From Chthoniobacteraceae bacterium (GTDB taxonomy: Bacteria > Verrucomicrobiota > Verrucomicrobiia > Chthoniobacterales > Chthoniobacteraceae): a stretch of 64,000 nt of DNA. The stretch is taken from positions 1-64,000 of the forward strand of contig JBBCKI010000004.1 of the NCBI GenBank assembly GCA_037190965.1, read 5' to 3'. Numbering within the stretch: position 1 is the first letter of the stretch; each line of letters starts with the position of its first letter. Below the pieces are notes generated by a model. That model saw only the letters and a list, made by a program, of their open reading frames with translations. It was not told the DNA's origin and ran no database searches. Of this stretch, positions 7,607 through 17,419 are shown piece after piece. The position numbers and the translations under genes are program-made.

Positions 7607-9454
7607 ATGTCAGACCTCTTCGAGACTCAAACCCTGCAATGCGACATCCTCATCGCGGGAGGCGGCCCTGCGGGCGTCCCCGCCGCCATCGCGGCCGCGC
7701 GCGCGGGCTCCAAGGTAATTCTCTGCCACGACCGCCCCGTGCTTGGAGGCAACGCCAGCAGCGAAGTGCGGATGCACGTGGTCGGCGCCAACGCAGGACG
7801 GCAAACCGAGACATGGTTTCTCGAAGCTCGCGAAACCGGCATCATCGAAGAAATCCGGCTGGAGAATGCCGTGCGCAATCCGCAGCGCTCCCCCTCCATG
7901 TTCGACCTGATTCTCTACGAGAAATGCCGGGCCGAAGCGAACTTGCAGCTCTTCCTCAATACGAGCGTCATCGGCGCGAAGGTCGAGAACAACACCATCA
8001 CGGAGGCTCACGCCATCAGAGCCTCGACTGAAGACCGCTTCACGATCCATGCCAGGATCTATCTGGATTGCACCGGCGATGGCACCCTGGGCGCGGCAGC
8101 CGGGGCCGAATTTGTCCGGGGCCGTGAAGCCGGCGAAACCTATGGCGAAACGTTGGCTCCCGAGTTGGCCGACGGGAAGACCCTCGGCTCGACGCTCCTG
8201 TTCATGGCGCGGAGGCACGACCGCCCGATGCCATTCTCCGCACCGCCCTGGGCGCGCCGCTTTACCCGCGAGAGCTTTCGCAATCGCGCTGCCTTCTGGT
8301 CAGGGAGCGAACAAGAGTATGAATATGGTTACTGGTGGCTCGAATGGGGCGGCCAACTCGACACCATCAAGGATAACGAAGAGATTCGCGATGAACTCCT
8401 CGCCATCCTGCTTGGCGTGTGGGACTTCATCAAGAACGAGGGCGAGCACGGCGCCGACCACTGGGCGCTGGACTGGTTCGGTTTCCTCCCCGGCAAGCGG
8501 GAGAGCCGCCGCTTTGTCGGGCAGCATCTTCTCACCGAGGGCGACCTGATGGAGGCAAGGCCGTTCCCGGACGCCATTGCCTACGGAGGCTGGCCAATCG
8601 ATACCCATCCCCCCGAGGGCATCGACCGACCGGAGGAAAAGCCGTGCGTTCAGACTCCCGTTCCATTCCTGTTCGAGATTCCGTTGCGGTCGTGCGTGTC
8701 GAAGAACATCACCAACCTGATGTTCGCCGGGCGGAATATCTCGGCGACCCATATCGCCTTTGCCTCCACCCGGGTAATGGCGACCTGCGCTCTGATAGGC
8801 GAAGGCGTGGGTGTCGCGGCGGCCTATGCAGTGCGGGACCACCTCTCGCCGCAAGAGCTGGCTGGAAACCCCGAGGTGATGGAGCAGATTCGGCAGCATC
8901 TCCTGCGCGAAGACGCCTTCCTGATCGGAGCCACGGAACGCAGCGAATGTGACCTCGCCCGTGCGGCCCGCGTCAGCGCGTCGAGCGAACAACCCGAAGG
9001 CCCCGCCATTAACGTCCTGTCGGGCCAGAATCGGAGCGCCCAAGGCGAACGCGGTGTCCGCCCCGACCGTCTCATTCCGGGCTCCCACCGTTGGATGAGC
9101 GATCCCGCCCAAGGTCTTCCGGCCTGGCTGGAACTCCGGTGGGACACCCCCGTTACGATCGGGAAGCTGGAGTTGACCTTCGACACCGGACTTTCCCGTT
9201 ACCTCACCCTGACCAATTCCGATGCCTATCACAGCAGGATGATCTGGGGCTGCCAGCCCGAGACCGTCAAAGCATTCTCCGTCGAGATCGAAACGGAGGA
9301 AGGATGGCGCGAAGTTGAGCGGGTAACCGATAACTGGCGGCGGAGGCATAGCACGACCCTCTCCGCGGGAACCACCGCCCGCGCTTTGAGAATCAAGGTG
9401 GATGAGACCTGCGGCCTCGATCACGCGAGGATCGTTCGGGTAGCGGTCTATTAA
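7607..9454 (+). CDS. FAD-dependent oxidoreductase (FAD_oxidored type) with C-terminal discoidin/F5-8-like domain; true start likely ATG 7607
   Basis: DILIAGGGPAG, LGGNASSE, DCTGDG, GKRESRR, AGRNISATH, STRVMATC; C-terminal ARVSASSE...RWMSD...WLELRW...RALRI. Confidence 0.85.
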   Translation: MSDLFETQTLQCDILIAGGGPAGVPAAIAAARAGSKVILCHDRPVLGGNASSEVRMHVVGANAGRQTETWFLEARETGIIEEIRLENAVRNPQRSPSMFDLILYEKCRAEANLQLFLNTSVIGAKVENNTITEAHAIRASTEDRFTIHARIYLDCTGDGTLGAAAGAEFVRGREAGETYGETLAPELADGKTLGSTLLFMARRHDRPMPFSAPPWARRFTRESFRNRAAFWSGSEQEYEYGYWWLEWGGQLDTIKDNEEIRDELLAILLGVWDFIKNEGEHGADHWALDWFGFLPGKRESRRFVGQHLLTEGDLMEARPFPDAIAYGGWPIDTHPPEGIDRPEEKPCVQTPVPFLFEIPLRSCVSKNITNLMFAGRNISATHIAFASTRVMATCALIGEGVGVAAAYAVRDHLSPQELAGNPEVMEQIRQHLLREDAFLIGATERSECDLARAARVSASSEQPEGPAINVLSGQNRSAQGERGVRPDRLIPGSHRWMSDPAQGLPAWLELRWDTPVTIGKLELTFDTGLSRYLTLTNSDAYHSRMIWGCQPETVKAFSVEIETEEGWREVERVTDNWRRRHSTTLSAGTTARALRIKVDETCGLDHARIVRVAVY

Positions 9455-9469
9455 CGCCAGGAATCGAAG

Positions 9470-9499
9470 GTAGGGCGCTCACCCTCAAGCGCCTTTTTT
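9470..9499 (+). terminator. GTAG-led hairpin with T tract; REP-like unit and possible intrinsic terminator
   Basis: GTAG-GGCGCT-caccctca-AGCGCC-TTTTTT, 15 bp after the stop of the FAD oxidoreductase. Confidence 0.5.
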
Positions 9500-9647
9500 C
9501 CTCGTTACCAATCTCCAGATTGGTAATGCCCCTGCCCCCGAATCTCTGATTCGAAAAACTTCCAATTCCGTGCAGGGTGCCGGTACGGACAAGGGCTGCG
9601 AAACTGGAGTTTCGAAGACACAGGCGTCCCCAAACAGAGTTTGGGGA
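9497..9647. repeat. Composite palindromic REP-like repeat, copy 2 (complete, inverted relative to copy 1)
   Basis: TTACCAATCTCCAGATTGGTAA 9505-9526, CGAAACTGGAGTTTCG 9599-9614, TCCCCAAACAGAGTTTGGGGA 9627-9647. Confidence 0.85.
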
Positions 9648-9655
9648 TTGCCGTT

Positions 9656-11011
9656 CTACGGTTTGTCGGGGTCCGAAAGAATCCGATGAACGGCGGCTTC
9701 CAGATCGGCAACGACGGGAAATTGTCGGGAACACTCAGCGGCGCTTGCCTCTTTCCCGAGCCCGGTAAGGACCAGCATTCCGCGGATTCCAGCCTGCTCT
9801 CCGGCTTCGATGTCACTCACCCGGTCTCCCACGATCCACGCGCCGGAGAGATCGAGCGCCAATTCCCGGGCAGCTTTTAAAATCAGCCCGGACTTTGCGG
9901 TGGGCAGCGATTTCATCGAAGGGATCACGGATGCCTCACCTGCCCCGGAAGTATAGTAGACGGCATCAACGCAAGCGCCCTCTCTCGCCAAAAGCTCGCT
10001 CATCCGCTCAATCACCATCCGGACTACCTCTTCGGGGACGTACCCCAGGCCAATGGCTGATTGCGAAGTGACGACAACGACACGAACTCCCCGGTCGTTC
10101 AACATGCGAATGGCTCGGGCAGCCCCCGGGATCAACCGCATTTCCTCGGGCCCGCTGGTGTAGCTGGCGAGATCATTGATCACTCCGTCACGATCAAGAA
10201 AAACCACCGGCGAGGGATCGACGTCGGAAGGAGCGGCAGAGCGCTCATCCGATAGAATCTCCGATCCGTTGATCGTGTAGATTCTCCAGCGGTAGGGTGC
10301 CTCACAGAAAGCAGGACCGGCTGTATACGCGGTGCCATCCTGCGTGACAAGCGGCGTCCCGGCGTGATAATGGCCGCTCAAGGAAAGAACGACTTTACCG
10401 GCTTCCGCTATTTTCGCCCGCAAGAACTCGCACTCTTCGTAATGAAAAGGATAGCTTGCATGATCGACAGGATGCAGCAAGTAGTGCTGAAGATGAATCT
10501 GGGGAGTGGGATCGGAATCGGAGAGGACTTGCTCGAAACTGTCACGCGACGGGACGAAGCGGCGCGGCACATTCCCCTGATGCTCGAAATCCACAAACTC
10601 GACAATCCGGAAGTCTTGGTGCCGCCGATCCGGGTTCTCTGATCCAAAGACTTCGGCGAAGAGGCCTGCATCGTCATGATTCCCGGGAACAACCCTGTAC
10701 GGGAGGCCACAATGCTCCAATGCCTGCTTGATCTTCGCATAGTCGGCCCGGATGGCCTTCATCCAATAATTCGCCGGATCAGCGCGATCGAACTCCGGCA
10801 TCGTGAACCCTTTGGGAACCCCATCGACGACAAACGAGGGGACGTCAAGGAGATCCCCTGTAATGACAACCAGATCAACCTCGGCTGCCTTGGCTTGGAC
10901 GAGCGCCTTCTCAAAGAAGGAGAAGATTTCCCGGGCTCGCCGCAATTCGTGCGATGCCGTGCCAGGAATGGCGTGCCTAAGGTGAAGATCCGTAAAATGA
11001 GCAATTTTCAT
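9656..11011 (-). CDS. Fusion of calcineurin-like metallophosphoesterase and HAD-IIIA (GmhB/HisB-like) phosphatase
   Basis: N-terminal TDLH, TGDL, PGNHD, SGHYH; C-terminal FLDRDGVIN, VVTSQS, IVGDRVSDIEAG. Confidence 0.85.
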   Translation of the reverse strand: MKIAHFTDLHLRHAIPGTASHELRRAREIFSFFEKALVQAKAAEVDLVVITGDLLDVPSFVVDGVPKGFTMPEFDRADPANYWMKAIRADYAKIKQALEHCGLPYRVVPGNHDDAGLFAEVFGSENPDRRHQDFRIVEFVDFEHQGNVPRRFVPSRDSFEQVLSDSDPTPQIHLQHYLLHPVDHASYPFHYEECEFLRAKIAEAGKVVLSLSGHYHAGTPLVTQDGTAYTAGPAFCEAPYRWRIYTINGSEILSDERSAAPSDVDPSPVVFLDRDGVINDLASYTSGPEEMRLIPGAARAIRMLNDRGVRVVVVTSQSAIGLGYVPEEVVRMVIERMSELLAREGACVDAVYYTSGAGEASVIPSMKSLPTAKSGLILKAARELALDLSGAWIVGDRVSDIEAGEQAGIRGMLVLTGLGKEASAAECSRQFPVVADLEAAVHRILSDPDKP

Positions 11012-11201
11012 AAAAAGTCGTCCCGAGGACCATACTTAACACTTGATCAAAAGTTCCAATGGCAAAATGAAAAGCCCTCCGCCGCGAAAAAAACGGCTAT
11101 AGATGGCAGTCAACACGCGGATTTCCCCCCTCAGATTGAGCTTGAGACGGGTCTTTCCTGCGCCGTAATTTACCCAGCTCTGGGGTGAACCCTGGAATTC
11201 T

Positions 11202-12062
11202 ATGAAGGTGGTGATCAACCTTTCTGCCAAAGAACCCGTCTTGCCTCAGTTTCCCTCTTACGGGATCTGCATCCTGGAGAGTCGCCATCTTCCGGGTTTC
11301 CAGATGCCTCGCAGCCGCTACGATTTCTCCGAGGTGATGCTGATTCTCGATGGGGAAGGATGGGTGATCACCGGGGATGTTAGACACCCTGTGTGCAAAG
11401 GAGATTTGGTGATCGTGCCGGCCCAAGAACCGTATTCCTTTGAGGATAACCCGGGATCGCCCCTGGCGATGTTTTGCCTTTGCATCAAGCCGCAAAAAGA
11501 GCAGCGAGAGATCTTCGCCCCGGTGCTCCCCACACGCTTTGCGGTAATTCGGAACTTCGGGCTGTCCCGAGAAGTCTCGTCTCATTTGCGGACGATCTTT
11601 CATGAACAATCCCAGGTTCGCCTCGGAACTCCCAGCGTTGTGATCGGGCAGACTCTGCTCCTTTTGAGTAAAATTGCCCGACGCCAGGAACCGTCGGGTG
11701 AGGAAAAAACCTCCAACGAAGTCGAACTTCTCGTACGAGTGCGGGATTATGTCGCGAAATTGGAAACGACCTTTCATGAAATGGAAACCATCGCTTCAGC
11801 CGCCAGTCGGCTCGGGATGAGTTCGCGCAGCCTCACGCATCATTTCCGGGCCGTCACCGGGGTGTCGAGGCAACAGTACCTCCAGGATCTACGATTGGGG
11901 GAGGCGCGGCGTCTGCTTGCGGAGTCAGAAGAATCGATCACCTCCATTGCATTCGCCTGCGGGTTCGAAGATTTATCCAACTTCTTCCGCGCTTTTCGCG
12001 CACAGGAAAAAGTCAGTCCCACTCAATGGAGGAAAAACAACGCCCCACAAGGACCTCACTAG
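11202..12062 (+). CDS. AraC-family regulator with cupin sensor domain
   Basis: C-terminal SITSIAFACGFEDLSNFFRAFR...SPTQWR. Confidence 0.9.
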   Translation: MKVVINLSAKEPVLPQFPSYGICILESRHLPGFQMPRSRYDFSEVMLILDGEGWVITGDVRHPVCKGDLVIVPAQEPYSFEDNPGSPLAMFCLCIKPQKEQREIFAPVLPTRFAVIRNFGLSREVSSHLRTIFHEQSQVRLGTPSVVIGQTLLLLSKIARRQEPSGEEKTSNEVELLVRVRDYVAKLETTFHEMETIASAASRLGMSSRSLTHHFRAVTGVSRQQYLQDLRLGEARRLLAESEESITSIAFACGFEDLSNFFRAFRAQEKVSPTQWRKNNAPQGPH

Positions 12063-12101
12063 CGTTGTCTTTCGAAGAATTTAATATTAAGACGGAAATA
12101 T

Positions 12102-13004
12102 ATGGCAGCCTCCCCTTCTCGAATTATCGATTCCCACCAACATGTCTTCTGGCATGGCCGCGATGATCGTGGCTTGATCGCGGATATGGATGATCACGCC
12201 ATCGAAACCGCGTGGCTTCTTTCCTGGGAAATTCCTCCCTTTGAGGATAACAAGGCGTATCATGGAATCCTTAATCCGATTCACCTCCGGCCTGACGGGA
12301 CCCATGGAGGGATTCCCTTGAGCGACTTGATCTTGACAAGAGATCGCTATCCTGACCGCTTTGTCCTCGGGTATTGCCCTCACCCTGCCTTGGGCAATGC
12401 TCCGGAGGTTCTCCGCTCAGCGGTGAAAATTCATGGAGTGCGCGTCTGCGGCGAATGGAAATTCCGCATCCCGTTTGATGATCCCCGCTCTCTGGAGGTC
12501 TTCCACGTGGCCGGAGAACTCGGCCTGCCCGTGGTGCTTCATCTCGATGTCCCTTACCTGATACAGGAGAATCGGCGAACCTACCAACCGGCTTGGTATG
12601 GAGGGACGGTTGAAAATCTTGAGAGGGCGCTGAAGGCTTGCCCCGAGACGATATTCATCGGTCACGCGCCTGGATTCTGGCGGGAAATCAGTGCAGATGC
12701 GCAGAATGATCCCTCGCTCTATCCGCGTGGGCCGCTCGCAGAGGGAAAAGGGCGTCTTTATCAACTCTTCCACGATCACCCAAACCTGATGGCGGATCTC
12801 AGCGCCGGCTCCGGTCTCGCGGCGTTACGACGCGATCCTGCTCATGCTGTTTGTTTCCTCACCGAATTTTCCGACCGCCTTCTTTTTGCCCGGGATTATT
12901 ACGGGCGAGAACTGCATGAGTTTCTGCAAACCCTGGATCTTAGCCAGGAGGTGGTGGATCGAATCTACTACCGCAATGCGGAGCGGCTGCTAACCGGGCG
13001 ATAG
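12102..13004 (+). CDS. Amidohydrolase family 2 protein
   Basis: IIDSHQH, GEWK, LPVVLH, FIGHAP, ADLSA, DRLLFARD, IYYRNAERL. Confidence 0.85.
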   Translation: MAASPSRIIDSHQHVFWHGRDDRGLIADMDDHAIETAWLLSWEIPPFEDNKAYHGILNPIHLRPDGTHGGIPLSDLILTRDRYPDRFVLGYCPHPALGNAPEVLRSAVKIHGVRVCGEWKFRIPFDDPRSLEVFHVAGELGLPVVLHLDVPYLIQENRRTYQPAWYGGTVENLERALKACPETIFIGHAPGFWREISADAQNDPSLYPRGPLAEGKGRLYQLFHDHPNLMADLSAGSGLAALRRDPAHAVCFLTEFSDRLLFARDYYGRELHEFLQTLDLSQEVVDRIYYRNAERLLTGR

Positions 13005-13189
13005 CCGAAAATCGTTATGATTTCGGGAGGTCTCAGCGTTTCAGCCTTCCCCCAATTGCTTATCGCCAAAAGGTCCAAAAAGGCGAAGCCTTCTCGCCCA
13101 GCAATTTTCCGATTACACAGAACGAAAGCACCATCTTTCAAGTTGAGCGAAATCGCCTTTTCAGATCCCCCGAATACATCCAACACAGC

Positions 13190-15325
13190 TCAGTTCGTCA
13201 GGCTCGTCCTGGGCGTCTTTCTTCGCCCGGAACGGTGGCCGAATAAGATTGCGAGGGCGATCAAACCCAGAGCATAGGTGGAGGGTTCAGGAATAACAGA
13301 GAGGAGTGTGAATTGGAGGACGTCGCCATTGTATAAAAACTCTCCGTTGAAACCGCCGCCATTCGTGAACCCAAAATGATCGAGTTCGACCGTCCCGGAA
13401 GTGAAACTGAGAAGGCTGTAGGTCTTTCCTTCAACCCAGCCGTTATCGACGAAGGTGAATCGAAGCAGGTCGCTGGTGGCGATCAGTTCACCAAGTTCCA
13501 GAAAATCTGAGGAGGCGTCATCGGCTCCCAGATCGAAGGCGATCACGCCATCGCCCCAGGCGAGGCTGTTCGCGCGCAACCGTCCGGGCGAATTCCCCGG
13601 CGCGAGCATCCCGCCACTGAGCTTGATCGACCCGAAGACCCCCTTTCCCCCGAGGGTGCCGCCCTCGACAGTGACCTCTCCGGTAAGATATCCGTCGACG
13701 ATCAGATTGCCAGCCCGCACGAACGTTCCCCCTGTGTGGGTGTTGTTGCCACTGAGAATGGTGGTTCCCGTCCCTCGTTGTATGACGCTGCCCTTGCCAC
13801 TGATGTACGCTGCAAACGTGGTGGTATCGGTCTGGTTGAAATTGATGGTACCGCTCCCGGTTCCGAACACGACGGTACTGGCTTCGAGCTTTCCTGCTTT
13901 GGTTGCGTGCCCGAGATCATACGCCCCTATATTGAGAATGCCCCGGGAACCGGCTTCCGTGCCGATGTATAGCGTCCCCACTCCGTTGCGGACCCGGGCA
14001 ATCCCTCCTTCTTCAAGGGTCAGTGTGCCACTGCCTCTCTGGCCGATGGTGATTTTGCTATCCGGGTTCTGGCCAGCTTCCAAAAGTGAAGCGACGCTGC
14101 CTTCCGCGTGAACGCCCGTGACGGTAATGCTTCCCTCGGAGCCGGCTTCCAGCCCGATGGTAGTCGTTTTGCTTTGGGATACGCCACCATTCGAAACCAA
14201 CAGCGCGCCGCTTCCGCTGTACCCCACTGTCAGAGTGCCGGGTGTTGAGGTGAGATATCCGCTAAGCAGCAGGGCGCCCGTTCCCGTGACAACTGCAGAC
14301 CCGTGCGCTCCGGCTGCGTTCCCGATGATCGTTTGGTCCGATTTGAACTTTCCGCCAGCCTCCAGGCGGAAGGTTGCTTCATCGCCCGCGGCATCGCCGA
14401 CCCTTAGCACCCCATAGTCGCTATAGAAATTGCCTCCTTCAACGGTGAGAGTTCCTTCTTTGACGATGGTTCCCCCGGTATAGTTGCCAGTTCCTGAGAG
14501 GGTAAGGGTGCCCTCTCCGATTTTGGTGAGAGCTCCGCCGCCGTAGAGTAAGACCGAGCTGGTGATGCCGACATCAAATCCGTTGGTATCAATGAAAGCG
14601 CCGCCGGCACGGAGGTCCAGATACCCCGGCGTGAAGTTCCTCAGGAAATCGCTCTCGTTGCCCTTGGCGCGCAAGATTCCTCCGTCGATATAAAGCCGGA
14701 CGTTCGTGCTGCTTCCCTGTTCAATGTGCCCGGCCTCCAGGACCCCTCTGTTCCCCTCAACCCCATTCAGATAAATTCCTCCATACCCATTTGATTGCGC
14801 ACCCAGGACGACCGTGTCGAAAGAGACGGTGGCACTATTGTGAATGAGGACTTCTCCCACGCCGTTGTCTCCCAAAACCAGACTGGCCCCGGAAAGGCCA
14901 CTTACCGATGATGAGGAGCCTGAAACTTCCAGAAATCCTCCATCGTAGTATAAGGGCCCTGAAGTACTCCCCAAGGTGAGACGGCTACCGACTGTCAGTG
15001 ACCCGCTGGTGACGTTCAGTATAACCGGGTCATCTCCATCGGGGGTGTATTTTCCGTCGAGTGTCAGGGAAAGAGCCTCTGCCGCTTCGCCTGTAGCGAT
15101 CTCGATGACCGCGCCAGGCTCCGTGATGGAGATGTCATCCATACCCGATGGCGCGTTGTTGGTCGACCAGTTGCCGGGGGCAAACCAGTTCCCCGTGCCG
15201 CCGCCGGTCCATGAGGGGCTCTGTGCCTGGGCAAGGAGGGGAAGGCCAACGATGGTCGCACCGACAAGCCTTGAAAAGCAACGCAGAGAAGCGAAGGCTT
15301 TAATCAGCGGTTCCTTAAGAGTCAT
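13190..15325 (-). CDS. PEP-CTERM surface protein with autotransporter-associated beta-strand and T5SS/PEP-CTERM-type repeats; start re-chosen at ATG 15325
   Basis: Signal-like ..LPLLAQA; LTKIGEGTLTLSGTGNYTGGTIVKEGTL and GTGTTILSGNNTHTGGTFVRAGNL; LAPGNSPG; C-terminal IPEPSTYALGLIALAILFGHRSGRRK. Confidence 0.9.
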   Translation of the reverse strand: MTLKEPLIKAFASLRCFSRLVGATIVGLPLLAQAQSPSWTGGGTGNWFAPGNWSTNNAPSGMDDISITEPGAVIEIATGEAAEALSLTLDGKYTPDGDDPVILNVTSGSLTVGSRLTLGSTSGPLYYDGGFLEVSGSSSSVSGLSGASLVLGDNGVGEVLIHNSATVSFDTVVLGAQSNGYGGIYLNGVEGNRGVLEAGHIEQGSSTNVRLYIDGGILRAKGNESDFLRNFTPGYLDLRAGGAFIDTNGFDVGITSSVLLYGGGALTKIGEGTLTLSGTGNYTGGTIVKEGTLTVEGGNFYSDYGVLRVGDAAGDEATFRLEAGGKFKSDQTIIGNAAGAHGSAVVTGTGALLLSGYLTSTPGTLTVGYSGSGALLVSNGGVSQSKTTTIGLEAGSEGSITVTGVHAEGSVASLLEAGQNPDSKITIGQRGSGTLTLEEGGIARVRNGVGTLYIGTEAGSRGILNIGAYDLGHATKAGKLEASTVVFGTGSGTINFNQTDTTTFAAYISGKGSVIQRGTGTTILSGNNTHTGGTFVRAGNLIVDGYLTGEVTVEGGTLGGKGVFGSIKLSGGMLAPGNSPGRLRANSLAWGDGVIAFDLGADDASSDFLELGELIATSDLLRFTFVDNGWVEGKTYSLLSFTSGTVELDHFGFTNGGGFNGEFLYNGDVLQFTLLSVIPEPSTYALGLIALAILFGHRSGRRKTPRTSLTN

Positions 15326-15391
15326 GGGATTAAGAAGATTTGGAAGACGCAGGAACCCGGTTGTGAACCGTTTCGGCGCAAAGGCAAAAAC

Positions 15392-15427
15392 TCTGTGACC
15401 AAGCGGTCTGAATCTGTGATCAAGCAG
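15392..15427. promoter_or_regulatory. Putative LytTR binding site (direct repeat, 21-bp period)
   Basis: TCTGTGACCAAGCGG 15392-15406 and TCTGTGATCAAGCAG 15413-15427, between the divergent PEP-CTERM and lytS/lytR-like genes. Confidence 0.65.
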
Positions 15428-15539
15428 CTCTCCGGAAAATTTTTCCTGATCAATTTCTTCGCTTGTCGGCATTCGCCCGTCTAGATTCTACTTCGCCACT
15501 GCCGAACCCCGGAACCTGTCGATCGGAAAGAAAGAGCGC

Positions 15540-16580
15540 TTGCCAAACTCTGCCCCATCCATTCCTTTTTTTCAGCGCTTCTGGCTATTGCAGTGCGTCG
15601 GCTGGGGTTTAACCGCTTTTGCCTCGTTTCCCTTGAAACTCTACTTTCTGGGGAGTTGGCAGTCGGCGTTCATCGCCACCCTCGTCCGTGAAACCGTTGG
15701 CTTTTTGCTGACCATTGGGCTGCGTTCAATTTACCGGCGCTTTTCTCATCGTGCCCCCACACCGCGGAGCACATGGAAGATGGCTCTGCTCATCCTTACA
15801 GCCTCCCTCTCGGCAACATTGATCGACTCTTTCTGCATCCTGGGCGTCGATTGCTACGCCCAATCTCCAGTCCTGCGGGACACATCCTTGCTGATCAGCA
15901 CCTTTTGCTACCGCTTTTTGATCTTCTGCTTTTGGAGCCTGCTTTACTTCGGAATCAAGGAAATGCAGGAAAACCAAAAGCGGGCTCTGGCCTTGCGTGA
16001 TGCCGAACTGAAGATGTTGCGGGCACAGATCTATCCGCACTTCTTCTTCAACGCCCTGAATACGATTCAAGCCGGGATTGGCAAGGATCCACACGCCCTT
16101 ACCGAGTTGGTGCAAAACCTCGCGGGTTATCTTCGTTACACTTTGAAGTTCCGGACTTCCACGCTCGTCCCTTTGGTTGAGGAGTATGAGGCAGCGCTCA
16201 ACTATCTTGCTGTGGAGAAGGCCCGTTTTCGGGATGGTATCGAGATCGAAAGTTGTCTGGACCCTGCGGCCAACCATGTGCTAGTGCCTGGAGTGATCCT
16301 CCAGCCGCTTTTGGAAAATGCCGTTAAACATGGGTACCGCACCTCTCCCCGGCCGCTTCGCGTCAGCCTTCGGGTTGAATGCCCGTCGCCAAAGTTGTTG
16401 GAGGTCGTCGTTGTCAATACAGGGCGCTGGGAGCCGGTCCCGCGCGAAAGCGACCCGGCGGCCGGGGTCGGGCTGGAAAACCTGCGCCACCGGCTCGGTC
16501 TCATCTATCCCAGGGGCGAATGTATCACCACCTGCGAACGGGACGGGCGGGTGATCGTTTCATTGCGAATCCCGGTTTGA
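15540..16580 (+). CDS. LytS/YehU-family membrane sensor histidine kinase
   Basis: About 4 TM segments, LRAQIYPHFFFNALNTI, YLAVEKARF, LQPLLENAVKHG, GVGLENLRHRL. Confidence 0.92.
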   Translation: MPNSAPSIPFFQRFWLLQCVGWGLTAFASFPLKLYFLGSWQSAFIATLVRETVGFLLTIGLRSIYRRFSHRAPTPRSTWKMALLILTASLSATLIDSFCILGVDCYAQSPVLRDTSLLISTFCYRFLIFCFWSLLYFGIKEMQENQKRALALRDAELKMLRAQIYPHFFFNALNTIQAGIGKDPHALTELVQNLAGYLRYTLKFRTSTLVPLVEEYEAALNYLAVEKARFRDGIEIESCLDPAANHVLVPGVILQPLLENAVKHGYRTSPRPLRVSLRVECPSPKLLEVVVVNTGRWEPVPRESDPAAGVGLENLRHRLGLIYPRGECITTCERDGRVIVSLRIPV

Positions 16581-16616
16581 GGCAGATATAGTGGCCATAT
16601 TATTTGAAACGCTCTT

Positions 16617-17312
16617 ATGCGAGTGCTCATCATCGACGACGAACCTCCCGCCCGGGAACTGCTTGCCTTCATGCTGGGAGCGCACCGGCAGGTTGAAATC
16701 GTGGGCGAAGCCGGCCATCTTGAAGAAGCGCGCGCCCTTTGTCAGAAGCATCACCCTGCCGTCTTGTTTCTCGACATCGAGATGGGTGTGGAAAACGGCT
16801 TCTCCCTGCTTGATGGATTGGAATCGCCGCGGCCGGTGGTGGTCTTTGTGACCGCTCACGATGATTTCACCATCGCGGCGTTTGACGCTGATGCTGTGGA
16901 TTACCTGCTCAAACCCGTCAACCCTGCGCGGTTGGCCCAGACCATTGAGAAGCTGAAACGTTATCTCGGATTGGAGCAGGCGGATGAAACCCTCTCCGTT
17001 CGTACCGACAAAGGTTTCGCTACTTTTTCTCTACGTTCGATCACTCACATCGAAGCGGATGAAAACTATACCCGCGTCTATTTGGGGAACGGCGAGACTC
17101 TTTACGTTCGGCGAACGGTGCAAACCTGGGAATCCCTGCTGCCGCCCGAACGCTTCGTACGGGTGCATCGTTCGTTGATCATCAATCTGAACGCGGTGGC
17201 AACCTTGCGCAATGACTCCCGGGATATAGGAGAAGTGGCGTTGGCGGGATGCGATACCCCAATCCCCCTGGCGCGACGGGCGCTGCAGAGGCTGCGGCGA
17301 TTGTTGTCGTAG
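16617..17312 (+). CDS. LytR/AlgR-family response regulator (REC + LytTR)
   Basis: IIDDEP, FLDIEM, FVTAHD, DYLLKP, FVRVHRSLIINL. Confidence 0.93.
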   Translation: MRVLIIDDEPPARELLAFMLGAHRQVEIVGEAGHLEEARALCQKHHPAVLFLDIEMGVENGFSLLDGLESPRPVVVFVTAHDDFTIAAFDADAVDYLLKPVNPARLAQTIEKLKRYLGLEQADETLSVRTDKGFATFSLRSITHIEADENYTRVYLGNGETLYVRRTVQTWESLLPPERFVRVHRSLIINLNAVATLRNDSRDIGEVALAGCDTPIPLARRALQRLRRLLS

Positions 17313-17419
17313 GCCTGGCTTCTGCTATTGGGTGGGTTACATTCGCTCTTCCAAAAACTTCCCCCCTCGCCTGACGGAGTGTTTTTTATGAAATGTTAGA
17401 CGGCTCATCCTTCTGTTGA

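Noticed and set aside
9505..9816. 103-aa ORF containing IPKLCLGT
   Set aside because: Translation of the palindromic repeat plus overlap with the phosphatase gene; a typical spurious repeat-derived ORF.
9656..11011. Annotation as gmhB of LPS heptose synthesis
   Set aside because: Zinc motif absent, fused to another domain, and no LPS genes nearby.
15326..15472. N-terminal extension of the PEP-CTERM ORF
   Set aside because: Contains the putative LytTR site and precedes the signal peptide, so it is more likely promoter DNA.
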